IMG/VR virus record: IMGVR_UViG_3300008954_000127
Span: 1-37,740 of that record
Reading direction: 5' to 3' (one strand)
Length of the DNA: 37,740 bases
From: a virus
Taxonomy: Duplodnaviria > Caudoviricetes
Positions 25,183 through 35,744 of the stretch are shown one piece after another. Position 1 is the first letter of the stretch. Every line of letters starts with the position of its first letter. The position numbers and the translations under genes were made by a program. The notes under the pieces were generated by a model, which was not told where the DNA came from, did no database searches, and was given only the letters and a program-made list of their open reading frames with translations.

Positions 25183-27274
25183 CTGAGATCATACCCCAAC
25201 CTAAAAGCAGGAAGTCTTTACCCTGCTCTGATTCAAATTTAATACGGACAGATCGTCCATGACCCCTGAGTTTCAAACGTGACGTAATAACATCTTCAGG
25301 GTAGTTGTACTCGGTAAGATCATTTGGGTTAACTACCACAGGGTACTTCAAACGGTAAGCCTGTTGAGTACTACTAAAGGTTTCCTTGAAGTCCCAAGCG
25401 GCTGAGACCAACATCGAAGAAGGTCTGACTGCCTCGTAACCAGACGCCTCGTTACCAGTAAATCCTGTTTCTGTCAGACGATTATAAGTTAGTACGTAAG
25501 GTGCGTTCTTCTTTAGAGATAGGTCACCCATGAAGTCATAACCTGTGACAGCATAGGAAGAGTAGTTTGCGTCACCCCAGTCTAGGAAGGATTTTTCAGA
25601 GAAACCGCCCATAGTTAGTTTATTGGTCGCACCGTCACGACAGAGAAGAACGATGGCTGGGTCCCCTGTGTCGAACGTAGAGACTCCTGCGTAGAAGGCT
25701 AGACCTACCACGGCATCTGTGCTACTGGCTTGATCTTCAATACGCCAAGGGAAGAACGCCATGAGAGGAATGTCGAGTAGAAGAAAGTTATTTAACTTAT
25801 TCTCTACAGTTTCATTCTCATCAGGGTAGCCCCAATAGATACGTTTACTGATGTTATCATAGATAGAGACGACATTAGCTTTGGCGTCCGAGTCGATCTC
25901 GTCCCAGAAACCTTGAATAGTAGAAATACTCAGGTTCTTCTCGGCACCCTGACCCGACACACTGTCTGTTTGAAGGGTGTGGATACCGAAACGTGACCAC
26001 CAAAAGGGAAGTCCTTCAGCGGCTACAAAGCTTCCTTCAGAAAGAATACCTACTCGTGATACACGGTTAATAGTATAGGAGTCAGCGCGGAACTGTCCAT
26101 CAGAACCTGTGAGCTGCCAAACACCGTTGTCAGCAAAGACAAACAATGCATACTGGTAGGCGTACAGCTTCCTGATATTGACAGCATCAGGTATTTTTAC
26201 CTCACCTCCATCAGTTCCTAAGAGGTCCGAGAAGTGTTCTGATGTAGGGTCATTAATCTGGTAACACTTACCGAGATCGTTGACACCTTCAACAAGACCT
26301 GTGAAGAGAATAGTTCCTGTATTCGCCTCACTATCAAGCCCTGCGTAGAAGACACGACCAGAGAACGCTTCGACACAACGGAACCGAGAGGTTTCAGTCT
26401 CATCAAGACCTGTTCCAATAGTCTCCCCTGATCCTGAAATAGCCGTAGAACGGTCCTTATCGAAGAAGTCTAGGATATATCTCCCATTCCCTGAGAGACT
26501 AGTACCTGCGGCAATCTTCTCAAACTCATCTGTCTTTTGAAGCTCTGAGCTATCCTTACCTGTGAACCAAGAGTGTGTTAGGGGAGGGTACTTATTTGAC
26601 CTGTCTATCTTGTAACGTTCAAGAGCGTTCTCGCTGGCATGTCCGTTATTTTCTTCGGCCCAACCTGAGTTCAAGGTGTCGTATATACGGGCGTCTGAGG
26701 GCGACGTTGTAGGAGACTGGGTGAAATAGTCCCCTACATCTCCTTGGTACAGGAAGTCACGGACTTTAAAGGAAATCTCTGAGGCTGAGACAGCCCCTGT
26801 AGAACTGTTATACTCCACTACAATTGTATCAATAGCAGGAGACGAGACAACCAAGTCACCTTTGATAGTTGTGAACTGACAGCGCTCAGTCTCCGCCCCT
26901 GCAGAACCTGCGTACTCATGGGATGTAAGGTTAATCGTTCCAGAAATAACTTGACCGGAGTGTGGTAGGTTAGTCTTATTGTAAAAGTATAAAGTAGTTC
27001 CCTTTTGAACTACAAGGAACTCTAATTCAGAGTTACCCCCTACGTTAATCCAGTCACCAGAAGAAAGTTTCTCTGTGTTACCTAGAGTAAATGACGACAG
27101 AGTGTTATTGGCTTCATAGGCTACTGCAAGACGTCTACGACGTGTACCATCTCGACGAAGGTCGCAGTTCAATTCATCTACGGAAGCTCCTTCAGGGAAG
27201 GTAAGCTCTGCTGCCTCAGTGACAAGACCCTTGACGAAGTTGTTAACTGCCTTTTGATTTAAGCTTTGCGGCAT
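25163..27274 (-). CDS. Tail tubular protein B / nozzle
   Basis: 703-aa beta-rich; FVKGLVTE start, GRVFYAG, LRGHGRS..IKF end; position. Confidence 0.8.
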   Translation of the reverse strand: MPQSLNQKAVNNFVKGLVTEAAELTFPEGASVDELNCDLRRDGTRRRRLAVAYEANNTLSSFTLGNTEKLSSGDWINVGGNSELEFLVVQKGTTLYFYNKTNLPHSGQVISGTINLTSHEYAGSAGAETERCQFTTIKGDLVVSSPAIDTIVVEYNSSTGAVSASEISFKVRDFLYQGDVGDYFTQSPTTSPSDARIYDTLNSGWAEENNGHASENALERYKIDRSNKYPPLTHSWFTGKDSSELQKTDEFEKIAAGTSLSGNGRYILDFFDKDRSTAISGSGETIGTGLDETETSRFRCVEAFSGRVFYAGLDSEANTGTILFTGLVEGVNDLGKCYQINDPTSEHFSDLLGTDGGEVKIPDAVNIRKLYAYQYALFVFADNGVWQLTGSDGQFRADSYTINRVSRVGILSEGSFVAAEGLPFWWSRFGIHTLQTDSVSGQGAEKNLSISTIQGFWDEIDSDAKANVVSIYDNISKRIYWGYPDENETVENKLNNFLLLDIPLMAFFPWRIEDQASSTDAVVGLAFYAGVSTFDTGDPAIVLLCRDGATNKLTMGGFSEKSFLDWGDANYSSYAVTGYDFMGDLSLKKNAPYVLTYNRLTETGFTGNEASGYEAVRPSSMLVSAAWDFKETFSSTQQAYRLKYPVVVNPNDLTEYNYPEDVITSRLKLRGHGRSVRIKFESEQGKDFLLLGWGMISGANPRF

Positions 27275-27545
27275 TACGTTCTTTCTCTCTCATGTCCCCG
27301 TACTCTTTAACCCTTTTGGATTTAGATACAGGACGTCCTCTGAGGTAGTTTTCTAAGGCTTGTTGTGCGGAAGGGATACTTGAGTATCTCCCTGAAAGTT
27401 CCTTGGGAAGTTTACCTGTCTCGTACCGCAGCTTATAGAACCTATACCCACCAAGTTCTTTCTCTATGAAAACTTTGGAGAGGAGTTTCTCTGAGGTACA
27501 TACACAGGTCTGGTTCTCTGTGTTGTGTTGGAAACTTACTGTCAT
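27243..27545 (-). CDS. Hypothetical protein
   Basis: GKLPKELSGRYSS motif; packed between tail genes. Confidence 0.7.
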   Translation of the reverse strand: MTVSFQHNTENQTCVCTSEKLLSKVFIEKELGGYRFYKLRYETGKLPKELSGRYSSIPSAQQALENYLRGRPVSKSKRVKEYGDMREKERNAAKLKSKGS

Positions 27546-28271
27546 TTACTTACGTCCGTATCGAACCCGTTTATGGGCTTGACGAGTTTTGTGTTGGTCG
27601 TTCTGTACGTAAGACTTCAAACGTCGAGCCGCCTGTTCAACCTTAGCGTCAGGCCCACCCTTAAACAAAGAGAAACAAGCTGACTTAGCCTCGGCTAGAA
27701 GTAGAGGAAGAAGTGTGTTGTCTAGGTCAGGTTCAAAGTTGTCTGTTTGGCTGAAGGTCGGGTAAGTCGAACCCATAGCCCGTGTCTTAGAAGCCTGAAG
27801 GGAACTCTCTACAGAACTGTCATAGCTATCCATGATAATATGCTCATCATCGAAGCTTGTGTAATAAGCTGGAGCTTTAGATGCAGACACAAAGATGTCG
27901 AGGTTTCCGTCGATAGTCTCTACGAGAAGACCACTTTCGTCCATATGATCAAGGAATACCACAGGGTCTACGAAAGGAATTACACTGAAGTTCTTATCAG
28001 CGACTGTTCCTACGTTGTACTCGACCCGTTCGATATGTTTGGTTGCAGTAGGGTATTCGAAGTGAGTAGGTTTTGTCGAGTCACTGAGCGCTGTTAGCGC
28101 CATCAGTTTATTATGTTCGGGGATTTCACGAGCAGCAATAATGTTGTAGTAGGTGTCTTCTACTACGTTGGCAATTTGCTGGGCTTCGTTGGTGTCAGAG
28201 ATACTATTGACGTCCTCTGAGTCCATGTCGTTTAGGATTGACTGTACTATATCAAGGAGGGTTGTTCTCAT
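27546..28271 (-). CDS. Tail tubular protein A / adaptor
   Basis: TLLDIVQSIL.DMDS..VNSI.DT.EA.Q start; position after capsid. Confidence 0.8.
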   Translation of the reverse strand: MRTTLLDIVQSILNDMDSEDVNSISDTNEAQQIANVVEDTYYNIIAAREIPEHNKLMALTALSDSTKPTHFEYPTATKHIERVEYNVGTVADKNFSVIPFVDPVVFLDHMDESGLLVETIDGNLDIFVSASKAPAYYTSFDDEHIIMDSYDSSVESSLQASKTRAMGSTYPTFSQTDNFEPDLDNTLLPLLLAEAKSACFSLFKGGPDAKVEQAARRLKSYVQNDQHKTRQAHKRVRYGRK

Positions 28272-28272
28272 C

Positions 28273-28356
28273 TTACTGTACCGCTCCCATTGCAGCTAAC
28301 CTACCCTGCACTAGCAGAGAAGGGTCAGTTAGATTTAGGTGATTAATATTTACCAT
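28273..28356 (-). pseudogene. 27-codon ORF, possible deletion remnant of a post-capsid structural gene
   Basis: MVNINHLNLTDPSLLVQGRLAAMGAVQ* with GAGGAG RBS behind a consensus promoter; stop 1 nt before next ATG. Confidence 0.45.
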
Positions 28357-28407
28357 AGGAGACTCCTCAAGGGTGTATACTATAGGGACCTCTCAAAGGG
28401 TCATTAA

Positions 28408-28436
28408 AGTATAAACCCTTTTCTTTATCCTGTCAA
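28408..28436 (-). promoter_or_regulatory. Sigma70 promoter for tail/internal/lysis genes
   Basis: TTGACA-17 nt-TATACT on - strand. Confidence 0.85.
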
Positions 28437-28439
28437 CAG

Positions 28440-28476
28440 AAAAGTAGGGTAGGACGCCCCTCTAGTAGGGACGCCC
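28440..28476 (-). terminator. Hairpin/terminator after capsid gene
   Basis: GGGCGTCCCT-ACTAG-AGGGGCGTCC stem; T tract offset by 8 nt. Confidence 0.55.
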
Positions 28477-28487
28477 AATTAATTAGG

Positions 28488-29462
28488 TTATACCGAAGGG
28501 TCCGATACAACAGTGACGATACCTTCAGGACGGTACTTCTTGACACCATAACGAGCAGTAGTAACATACTCGTGACGCTGGTAGTCTTTGTTGTACTCAT
28601 AGTCCACTTCAGGCATCTGACGCCATGCACCCACGAATGGGTTCGAAGTTGCATCAGCCGAGAAGAACAGGTTAGCAACACCGTTGTTCGACGAGAAGTC
28701 GTTGGTGGTGGAGCCGTCACGTTCAGCCAGAGCCGAGTCAGCGACAGTGTTCTTCAGGTAGTTCGAAGTGTAGACATCGAAACCGTAGACGTTTGCTACG
28801 AAACGCATACCAGTTGCGATACCATCACGTACGATACCTTCCCACTGAGGGTTGTTCGATACGTTGACAAGGTTTGTCAGAGTATTCAGTTGATACTCAA
28901 CCGATGGGTCTACGATAGCAACCAAGTTACGGTCAGCAACCTTCGACTTCTTCAGTGCGTAACGAGCGAACGCGAAGTCAGCCAGTTCCATAACACCCGA
29001 GTTACCGCCCGATACACGGTGAGCAACACCGTCTTGGGTTTCTGCCGAGTTAGCCGATACACCAACTTCAGGAGCAGCCATAGTGGTGCTTTCGAAGTGT
29101 TCCATGATAGCACGAGCCTGTTCAGGAACGAACGCAGCTTCAAGCTGTGCCGAGTAGAACGAGTCCTGCGATGCTTTCTTGGTGATGTAAGAAGCCGACT
29201 GGAGGTATTCGTCGATAGTGAACTGGAACTCTGCGGTATCCAGCGGCACGTACGAAACAGCCGAGTCTTCAGTGTAGTCAGCTACAGTGGTTTCACCGAT
29301 AGTTGGGATAGTGAAGGTATCACCATCAGGGAAGCCATCCATAAGTTTGACAACACGCTGTGCCATCATCTCATCACGAAGGATGTCTTTAAGTTCAGAA
29401 GACCAAACTTCTGAGCGAATAAGCCGACCCATGTCAGCGTTAGAGGAAATCATACCAGCCAT
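28488..29462 (-). CDS. Major capsid protein
   Basis: 324 aa after scaffold; IRSEVWS, GDT..IPTIG, YGFDVY.SN, RYG..YRPE; strong codon bias. Confidence 0.92.
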   Translation of the reverse strand: MAGMISSNADMGRLIRSEVWSSELKDILRDEMMAQRVVKLMDGFPDGDTFTIPTIGETTVADYTEDSAVSYVPLDTAEFQFTIDEYLQSASYITKKASQDSFYSAQLEAAFVPEQARAIMEHFESTTMAAPEVGVSANSAETQDGVAHRVSGGNSGVMELADFAFARYALKKSKVADRNLVAIVDPSVEYQLNTLTNLVNVSNNPQWEGIVRDGIATGMRFVANVYGFDVYTSNYLKNTVADSALAERDGSTTNDFSSNNGVANLFFSADATSNPFVGAWRQMPEVDYEYNKDYQRHEYVTTARYGVKKYRPEGIVTVVSDPSV

Positions 29463-29488
29463 TTGACTAGTCCTTTCTTGGGATTAAG

Positions 29489-30268
29489 TTAAGTGTTTCC
29501 GAACCTCTCACCCATTTTAATACGGTCTTGCATTAGTTGCTGTTGGACCTTTGGGGTGAAATATTCGTTAGGGTTTTCCCGACGTAACTTCTGGTAGTAG
29601 GACCAGTTGCGTTCTGTCGAGGATTGCATGTTAGCCCCTTCAGTATTGATGGTGCTATGTAACATCGAACCCCGAGTGTTCTGTTGCTTATTGTCTCCGA
29701 AGAGAGCAAGGAAAGCAGTAGGTGACTCGGAAGCTAGTTGCTCCATACGACCCATAGAGAGACCAAGTTCATTGGCTTTACTCTGTAGGGCTTGTCCTAG
29801 ATTGTCTCCGTACTGACCTTTCAGGGTTTCTTCCACCTGCTTTAGGTTCTGTTCGGTAGACTTCTTGGATTCTCGTTCCAATAGGGCTTTCTCAACAAGG
29901 CTCTTCAGTTCATCCTCGCCAAGAGTAGGTGGTGTGCCATCCTCTTTAACGCCAGCAATATTTGTGTCAGCCTCAAAGTCTTTCGCAGTGCTGGTGTCTG
30001 CGGCCTTGCCTTTGATTGCGTCGAGAACCTGTGATGCGTAATCGTTCTTACCTAAGTCTTCACGAAGTTGTCGATTCTGCTCTTCTAGTTGGGTTACGTA
30101 GCTATCCGCTTCGAGTTTACCCTTAGCTAGAACTTCAGGATCGCGCCAGTTCTCTCCTTTGGCTTGCACAAGCTTTTCTACAAAAGACGGTTGGGTTTCG
30201 TCTGACGTGGTAGCTTGTTCTGTCTGAGCCTGTTCTTGGTTAGAACCATTCTCAGTAAAAATGGACAT
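29489..30268 (-). CDS. Capsid scaffolding protein
   Basis: Acidic coiled-coil protein between portal and capsid. Confidence 0.8.
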   Translation of the reverse strand: MSIFTENGSNQEQAQTEQATTSDETQPSFVEKLVQAKGENWRDPEVLAKGKLEADSYVTQLEEQNRQLREDLGKNDYASQVLDAIKGKAADTSTAKDFEADTNIAGVKEDGTPPTLGEDELKSLVEKALLERESKKSTEQNLKQVEETLKGQYGDNLGQALQSKANELGLSMGRMEQLASESPTAFLALFGDNKQQNTRGSMLHSTINTEGANMQSSTERNWSYYQKLRRENPNEYFTPKVQQQLMQDRIKMGERFGNT

Positions 30269-30271
30269 GGG

Positions 30272-30514
30272 TTATTCCTTATCTAAGTTGATTAGTTCAA
30301 GCACTTGATTAAGCGCTCGGTTATATCCAATCCTATCTGCTTGTTTGTACGCCCATGAAGGGCTGTCGTAGTCTGCGGTAGGTGGAGTATCCTTGAGTAA
30401 AGGCTCTAGGATTTCTTTGAGACGATCAAGACTTGCTCGGTTTGAGAGGACAGCCTGTTTGACTTTTTCCTTGTCTTCTTTCGTCTTACATTCTTTAAAC
30501 CAGTTGGCTTTCAT
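30272..30514 (-). CDS. Conserved small head-module protein
   Basis: DYDSPSWAYKQAD.IGY motif; follows portal. Confidence 0.75.
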   Translation of the reverse strand: MKANWFKECKTKEDKEKVKQAVLSNRASLDRLKEILEPLLKDTPPTADYDSPSWAYKQADRIGYNRALNQVLELINLDKE

Positions 30515-32242
30515 TTAGAGACCCATCTCCTGTTGCATCATAAGGTGTTCCTCGTTAGATGCCTCTGCATCCTGAACAGCTTGTTGGGTCTTCAGTTGTT
30601 CTTCTACTGCGATATTCTCTTTGAAGAGGGTTTCCTCGCCAAGTTCTTCAGCAAGGATACGAGCGAACTCTTTACCCGATAGGTGAGCAGCGACAGAAGG
30701 GTCCCCGAGTTTAATCTGGTAGAGTTGGGTCAGGTTCTGTAGACGACGAGCGCGTTCAGCGAAGTGACGTGCGCCAATAGGAACCAACTTACCTTTAGAC
30801 TTCAGGTCATCTTTTGTAATCGTCCTGAAGATTTCCGCACCTGAGATAGGTTCGATAACCTTAATGAGGTCAGACATATCCATGTTACGTCGGGAGACTT
30901 CCAACATTGCGTTGAGAACAGGTTCAAGGAAGACACGTTCAAAGTGGGCTGTCTTGTGTTCGAAGATACGACTTGCCGCTGACATGAGAGACTGAACTTC
31001 AAACGCTGTCTTCTCCCCTGCTGTACGGATGCCCATAGCCTCACGAGGCGCACCAGCCAGCATCTCCATCTTATTCTCTAGAATATTAATCTGGAGATCA
31101 GCCTGTAGAGCGGTAGGGTCGGGAGCCATATAACCTACGTCACCCTCTTCACCTAGGTAAATACGGGCATTAGGTTCAAAGTCGAAGTCCTCTACGTCAC
31201 CCCTGATCTTAAGGATAGGGTAAGCGATCTGATCGAAGACGTCTGCCTTAAGGTTCTCTAGGTGGTCAATGCGGTACTGCATACCCACGAGATTATCTAG
31301 AGGTCCCATAGCGTAAAGGTTATCTGGGCGTGGACGCCAACCAGCATGGTAGATAGGAGCATGACCCAACCAACTAGGTTGCTTCTTGCTGGAGATTACG
31401 TAGGCACGGTCGAAGACTGTAATGACATGGTTGTCTAGGAGTTTACCTGAGTCCTTGTCGTAAATGTCTCCGTAGTAAGTAAGAACTTCTACGTAGTTTG
31501 ACTCGTAGTACTCTTTGATGTTAGAGAACCCGTCAGCTACATAACCATCAGCCTTATACTGATCGTTGCTTCCTACGATAGCAGCACGACAATCTAGGAT
31601 TTTATCTAGGACTGAACCGTCAATTTGCCCAGCCTCGGCCATAGCCTTAACTTCACCCAATGTTTTAATTGAGCGAATAATCTTTGGGGTCTTCACAAAG
31701 TCTGTAGCGGTAGGGTTAAAACAAATATCGAAGGGTGAGATACGGACTAGGCGTGGGCCAATGTAGTCAGGGAAGACTTCCCCAATCTCAGTTTCCGTAT
31801 AAGACGCCTCCCAGTCTACCGTAGCGAAACAGTTGCCGTACTGAATGTAATCGTAGAGAAGATCGGAGACAGAGTTAACGAAGTCTGACTGACGGATTTT
31901 AGCTTGCATGTAAGCTTCCGCAGCATCTCGTTTAATCTTACTGTTTGAGTCAACATTATCTGCTTCGAACTTCAACCACTTTTTCTGAGGGAATAACGCA
32001 ACGAAATAGTTGGCGTGAAGGTTGTCCATGATCTGAGTCAGCTTAGGGGTAGTCGTGCTGTTAGACCAAGGGAGCATCGCGTTAGCTGTTGTGCGAGTAT
32101 CGGTGGCATACAGATAGTTACGTAGCTCTTTCTTTTCTTCGAGCCACGTCTTACGCAGATTATTCCACTGATCCCACTTACCTGCGATTTCTACTGCGGT
32201 ATTATCTGGGTCAAGGATGTCTGTGATGTCGATGGTTTTCAT
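30515..32242 (-). CDS. Portal protein
   Basis: 575 aa directly after terminase; RISPFDI.F.P, G.RT.GEKTA.EV. Confidence 0.9.
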   Translation of the reverse strand: MKTIDITDILDPDNTAVEIAGKWDQWNNLRKTWLEEKKELRNYLYATDTRTTANAMLPWSNSTTTPKLTQIMDNLHANYFVALFPQKKWLKFEADNVDSNSKIKRDAAEAYMQAKIRQSDFVNSVSDLLYDYIQYGNCFATVDWEASYTETEIGEVFPDYIGPRLVRISPFDICFNPTATDFVKTPKIIRSIKTLGEVKAMAEAGQIDGSVLDKILDCRAAIVGSNDQYKADGYVADGFSNIKEYYESNYVEVLTYYGDIYDKDSGKLLDNHVITVFDRAYVISSKKQPSWLGHAPIYHAGWRPRPDNLYAMGPLDNLVGMQYRIDHLENLKADVFDQIAYPILKIRGDVEDFDFEPNARIYLGEEGDVGYMAPDPTALQADLQINILENKMEMLAGAPREAMGIRTAGEKTAFEVQSLMSAASRIFEHKTAHFERVFLEPVLNAMLEVSRRNMDMSDLIKVIEPISGAEIFRTITKDDLKSKGKLVPIGARHFAERARRLQNLTQLYQIKLGDPSVAAHLSGKEFARILAEELGEETLFKENIAVEEQLKTQQAVQDAEASNEEHLMMQQEMGL

Positions 32243-33777
32243 TAACCAGTACCTCTAAATCTGTTATTAGCCCACAAAACATTTGACTCTTTTTGTCGTC
32301 TTACTTGTCTCGAAGGTTTAACTGCCATGTCAACGACAGAAGCTAGTGCGTCAATGACGTCATCGTGAGGAGGGTTACGGCTTTGAAGCTCTTCCTCAAG
32401 GATTTGTGTATTACCGCCTCGGTAGTGCCAGATGCTCAGGTTATCATACCGAGGTTCTAGGATTGAGGCGATACGTTCTTGTTTGTTACCTTGACTCTTG
32501 TTGGGTCGGAACTCGTCGATACTGATTGACAAACCGTGTTGCTTGATAAGTTCTTTAAGCTGTTTGACAATCGCCATCTGTGCGACGGTTGTTTCTGCTC
32601 GGAGTTTCCTGAAGGACCACTTGTTTGAGAGTTGAAGGATGTGTGTGAAGTAGTCAGATATTCTGTCAGTCCTGAATCTGTCGATGTCCAAGACGTAGAT
32701 GTTGTTGTCTGCATCAATACCAATCACTACGATTGCTGTGTAGTCCGCCTTCTTACTTAGGCTGAAAGCGAAGTCTACCGCTGCGAAAACATTAAGTCGG
32801 TTATCTCGGTAGTACCAATGACCGTTCTGGAGTTTAAGATGTTTCTGTTCGAAGTACTGTAGTTTATCTGAGGTAACAGGTACGTTGTCTGGATCAGATG
32901 GATCGTTGTAGTACTGCGCTCGGAACTGCCCTTTGTCTAAATACTGACCACGTTTCTTAGCTAGAACTTTAAGATCAAAACCAAACCACTTACCATCTTT
33001 ACGTTGACTACGTGGCCAGAGCATCTGACCCGTGCCGTCTCCTCTATCCTCTACAGGCTTCTCAAAGATTTCGTAGATGTTCTCTTCACCTACCTTCTCA
33101 CCTTCGTCTGAGTATATATCCTCTACCATTTGAAGAAGATCATTATAAAGATCGGCAGGATGATACCTTGTACCTACAACCCATTCTTTAGCGTCAGCTC
33201 CTTCGATGGATGACAGAAGGGAGTACTGGCTCTTTACCTTATTTCGACCCTCACCTGTGTAGGCATTCTCATAGACAACCACGTCATCCAATACTGCAAT
33301 GTCACAGTGCATCCCAGTGAGGGAAGTAGTGAGGCCTCCAGTGAAGACAGAAGGGTCACGGACATTTTCCTTCTTTCGGTCGGGGTGATCTAAGGCGATC
33401 TCCGAGTTGGTCCAACGGGTACGTTTACCTTCGTCTGCATGGACATGGTGAGGCCAGTACCTGCGGTAAGTATCTGAGGTAATGATCCCCTTGACAAAAC
33501 CTAGTTGTTTCTCTGCAAGGTTGGCTGTAGCCGAGATATACAGAATGCGAAGAGTAGGGTTCTTAGTTAGCTCCCAAGCTACACGGTAAGCGATTAGACG
33601 GGATTTACCATGGTCACGAGGAAAGAGGAGGAGTTGGTGGGACTTACTGTCGGGACGGGTCCACCAGTTACATACGTCTTCATGACACTGGCCTAAGACC
33701 TGTTCAGGTGCTACCAGTTTAATGAAAGTAACTAAGTCACTCTCTGCTGCAAGTCTGATTTGTTCTAAGGTTGCCAT
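32242..33777 (-). CDS. terL: Terminase large subunit
   Basis: Walker A PRDHGKS, Walker B AVLDD, VGTRY, nuclease VDFA and HDDVIDA. Confidence 0.95.
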   Translation of the reverse strand: MATLEQIRLAAESDLVTFIKLVAPEQVLGQCHEDVCNWWTRPDSKSHQLLLFPRDHGKSRLIAYRVAWELTKNPTLRILYISATANLAEKQLGFVKGIITSDTYRRYWPHHVHADEGKRTRWTNSEIALDHPDRKKENVRDPSVFTGGLTTSLTGMHCDIAVLDDVVVYENAYTGEGRNKVKSQYSLLSSIEGADAKEWVVGTRYHPADLYNDLLQMVEDIYSDEGEKVGEENIYEIFEKPVEDRGDGTGQMLWPRSQRKDGKWFGFDLKVLAKKRGQYLDKGQFRAQYYNDPSDPDNVPVTSDKLQYFEQKHLKLQNGHWYYRDNRLNVFAAVDFAFSLSKKADYTAIVVIGIDADNNIYVLDIDRFRTDRISDYFTHILQLSNKWSFRKLRAETTVAQMAIVKQLKELIKQHGLSISIDEFRPNKSQGNKQERIASILEPRYDNLSIWHYRGGNTQILEEELQSRNPPHDDVIDALASVVDMAVKPSRQVRRQKESNVLWANNRFRGTG

Positions 33778-33816
33778 ATACTACCACACTCTTGATAAGG
33801 TTGTCAAGAGAAAACT

Positions 33817-34071
33817 TTACTCAGGTTTCTCAGGCCATACTACATTCAAAGGGAAACCCTCTTGCTGTGGGATGTCCCGCAAGGCTTGGCGGTATTCAAT
33901 TTGCGCCTGTGTCATGGTCAAGTCAGATAGCGCCCACCAGTCGGTTTTAACTAATCTGTCCCTACGGTCCATGCGGATATCCCGTTCGGTTGGCTGAGGG
34001 ATGTCCAGACTCTCTTTGAGTACCGTCTGAAGCTCGCCGTTGACAATTATGTTTTCATATTCCGTCATCAT
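33817..34071 (-). CDS. Tail fibre assembly chaperone
   Basis: R..RD.L..TDW....D...[14 protein letters not shown]....WP.KP. Confidence 0.85.
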   Translation of the reverse strand: MMTEYENIIVNGELQTVLKESLDIPQPTERDIRMDRRDRLVKTDWWALSDLTMTQAQIEYRQALRDIPQQEGFPLNVVWPEKPE

Positions 34072-35744
34072 TTAATCCCCATCACAACATAACGGTAGTA
34101 TCGGATATGGCCGCCGGAGATATACCATTTTACCCCAGTAATCCCTGTGGATGCAGGAGTGGACATCTGCATCATGTCCTTCTCCAAGTGTTCTTCATAA
34201 CCCGTTGATCCCCAACTTTCGGTGGTTTCGGCGGTAAAACCAGACATTGTGACATATCCATTAGTAGCCTTAGGTCGCATATCAAACTTAGAGGAGTAAG
34301 TGTCGTTACTTCCTGAAGTTGTGCCAGCATTATAAAGGCTACTGTATCCGCCGCTGTCTATAGCGTACTGCAAATAGATTCTATCTGAGCTACTTGTTGT
34401 TTCACCCATTAAGTAACCGATAACATACTGGTAGTCACTGAGTCCAGTGACCGTAATTGAGGCCACTGACGAAGAAGAAGCCCCAGAAGCAATTACTTCC
34501 CAAACGCTGCCACCCACCCCCGTCAGGTTAGAACCATCGCCGTGGAAACTTGGCGCGTGGATCGGCTCTGCGGAAGTCACTTTGGAGTTGTTGACTTCAA
34601 GACGCTCCGTACCACCTGTAACAACACGCCACTGATCACCTGCATGGAACTGCATATATGTGTTAGTATCACCGTCATGGTAGATACGGTCCTGCAGGTA
34701 GATGTCTTCAACGTCCGTGATGTTGTTGTTGTTCATGTCGAGATTAGAGTTTGCATTCCGGCGCATGAACGTACTTTCGTGTTGGCCGTCAACAGTGTCA
34801 GCATCAAGGCCCGAGCCAGAGCCGTCATTGCCGCTGTGCCAAATAAGATAGCCTGTACCCCAAGAAGAACTGTCATAGTTTTGCTTTGCGATCCATAAGC
34901 TAGTGTCATCATACTTACTTGAGACAAGGGCTGTACTTCTCTTTACATCACCTCCTTCATAGGATGACATCCAAAGCACGTCATTCCAAGTACCGCCAAA
35001 ACCCAGATTACCACTGTGTTGCATGGTAAGTTTCATCTTACCTGAACCTAGAACGCTATTGTTAGGCTTTTGTCCTGTACTACCGTTTTGGTAGTAGCCA
35101 CCAAGATAAGATTGTGAACCATTGTAAATCTGGGGGGCGTTATACCCATCCAGCAGATCAGCGTCTAGACCAGAGCCAGAGCCGTCTACTGTTTTAATTT
35201 TCGTAAGTACCTGAGCCGCCGTATCAGGGGAGCCGTCTGAACCTGCCGGACCAGTCGAACCTTGCGGGCCTGTCGAGCCTTGCGGACCCTGTGTCCCTGT
35301 AGCTCCATCATTACCATCTGCGCCTGCTGGACCTTGTGGACCAGTAGAGCCTGTCGGACCTGTAGCCCCTGCCGGACCTTGAGGGCCAGTCGCGCCATCG
35401 CTACCGTCATTACCCGCAGCACCTGCTGGACCCTGTGGTCCCGTGGCTCCATCGTCACCGTCTGAACCCGTTGGACCTGTAGCGCCTTGTGGACCTGTGG
35501 CTCCATCATTACCGTCAGCGCCCGCTGGACCCTGTGAACCTGTCGGACCCTGAAGGGCCGCGTCTTCAATTGACGCCAGCTTCATTGAGCCGTCAGTGCC
35601 ATCACGTAACACAACTTTATCGTCTGTTCCGTCAACAGTGCTGATAGTGTTTAGGTTGCCCAGTGAGGACTCTACGTTGTCGTCGTCTAAACGGCCATTC
35701 GCTTTCAATAGTTTAGCGAACTTCCATGCCCTAGAATTTGCCAT
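34068..35744 (-). CDS. Tail fibre protein with collagen-like region
   Basis: Gly-X-Y run; [10 protein letters not shown] motifs; followed by chaperone. Confidence 0.88.
   Translation of the reverse strand: MANSRAWKFAKLLKANGRLDDDNVESSLGNLNTISTVDGTDDKVVLRDGTDGSMKLASIEDAALQGPTGSQGPAGADGNDGATGPQGATGPTGSDGDDGATGPQGPAGAAGNDGSDGATGPQGPAGATGPTGSTGPQGPAGADGNDGATGTQGPQGSTGPQGSTGPAGSDGSPDTAAQVLTKIKTVDGSGSGLDADLLDGYNAPQIYNGSQSYLGGYYQNGSTGQKPNNSVLGSGKMKLTMQHSGNLGFGGTWNDVLWMSSYEGGDVKRSTALVSSKYDDTSLWIAKQNYDSSSWGTGYLIWHSGNDGSGSGLDADTVDGQHESTFMRRNANSNLDMNNNNITDVEDIYLQDRIYHDGDTNTYMQFHAGDQWRVVTGGTERLEVNNSKVTSAEPIHAPSFHGDGSNLTGVGGSVWEVIASGASSSSVASITVTGLSDYQYVIGYLMGETTSSSDRIYLQYAIDSGGYSSLYNAGTTSGSNDTYSSKFDMRPKATNGYVTMSGFTAETTESWGSTGYEEHLEKDMMQMSTPASTGITGVKWYISGGHIRYYRYVVMGIK
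35226..35549 (-). repeat. Collagen-like Gly-X-Y repeat region
   Basis: About 35 consecutive [12 protein letters not shown]-type triplets. Confidence 0.9.

Noticed and set aside
28433-28720. Alternative-frame ORF as T7 10B-like capsid frameshift extension
   Set aside because: No slippery heptamer near the capsid stop; extension would be under 20 aa and run through the hairpin.
28572-29414. 280-aa + strand ORF opposite the capsid gene
   Set aside because: Antisense shadow expected from the strong codon bias of the capsid gene; no RBS or recognisable motifs.
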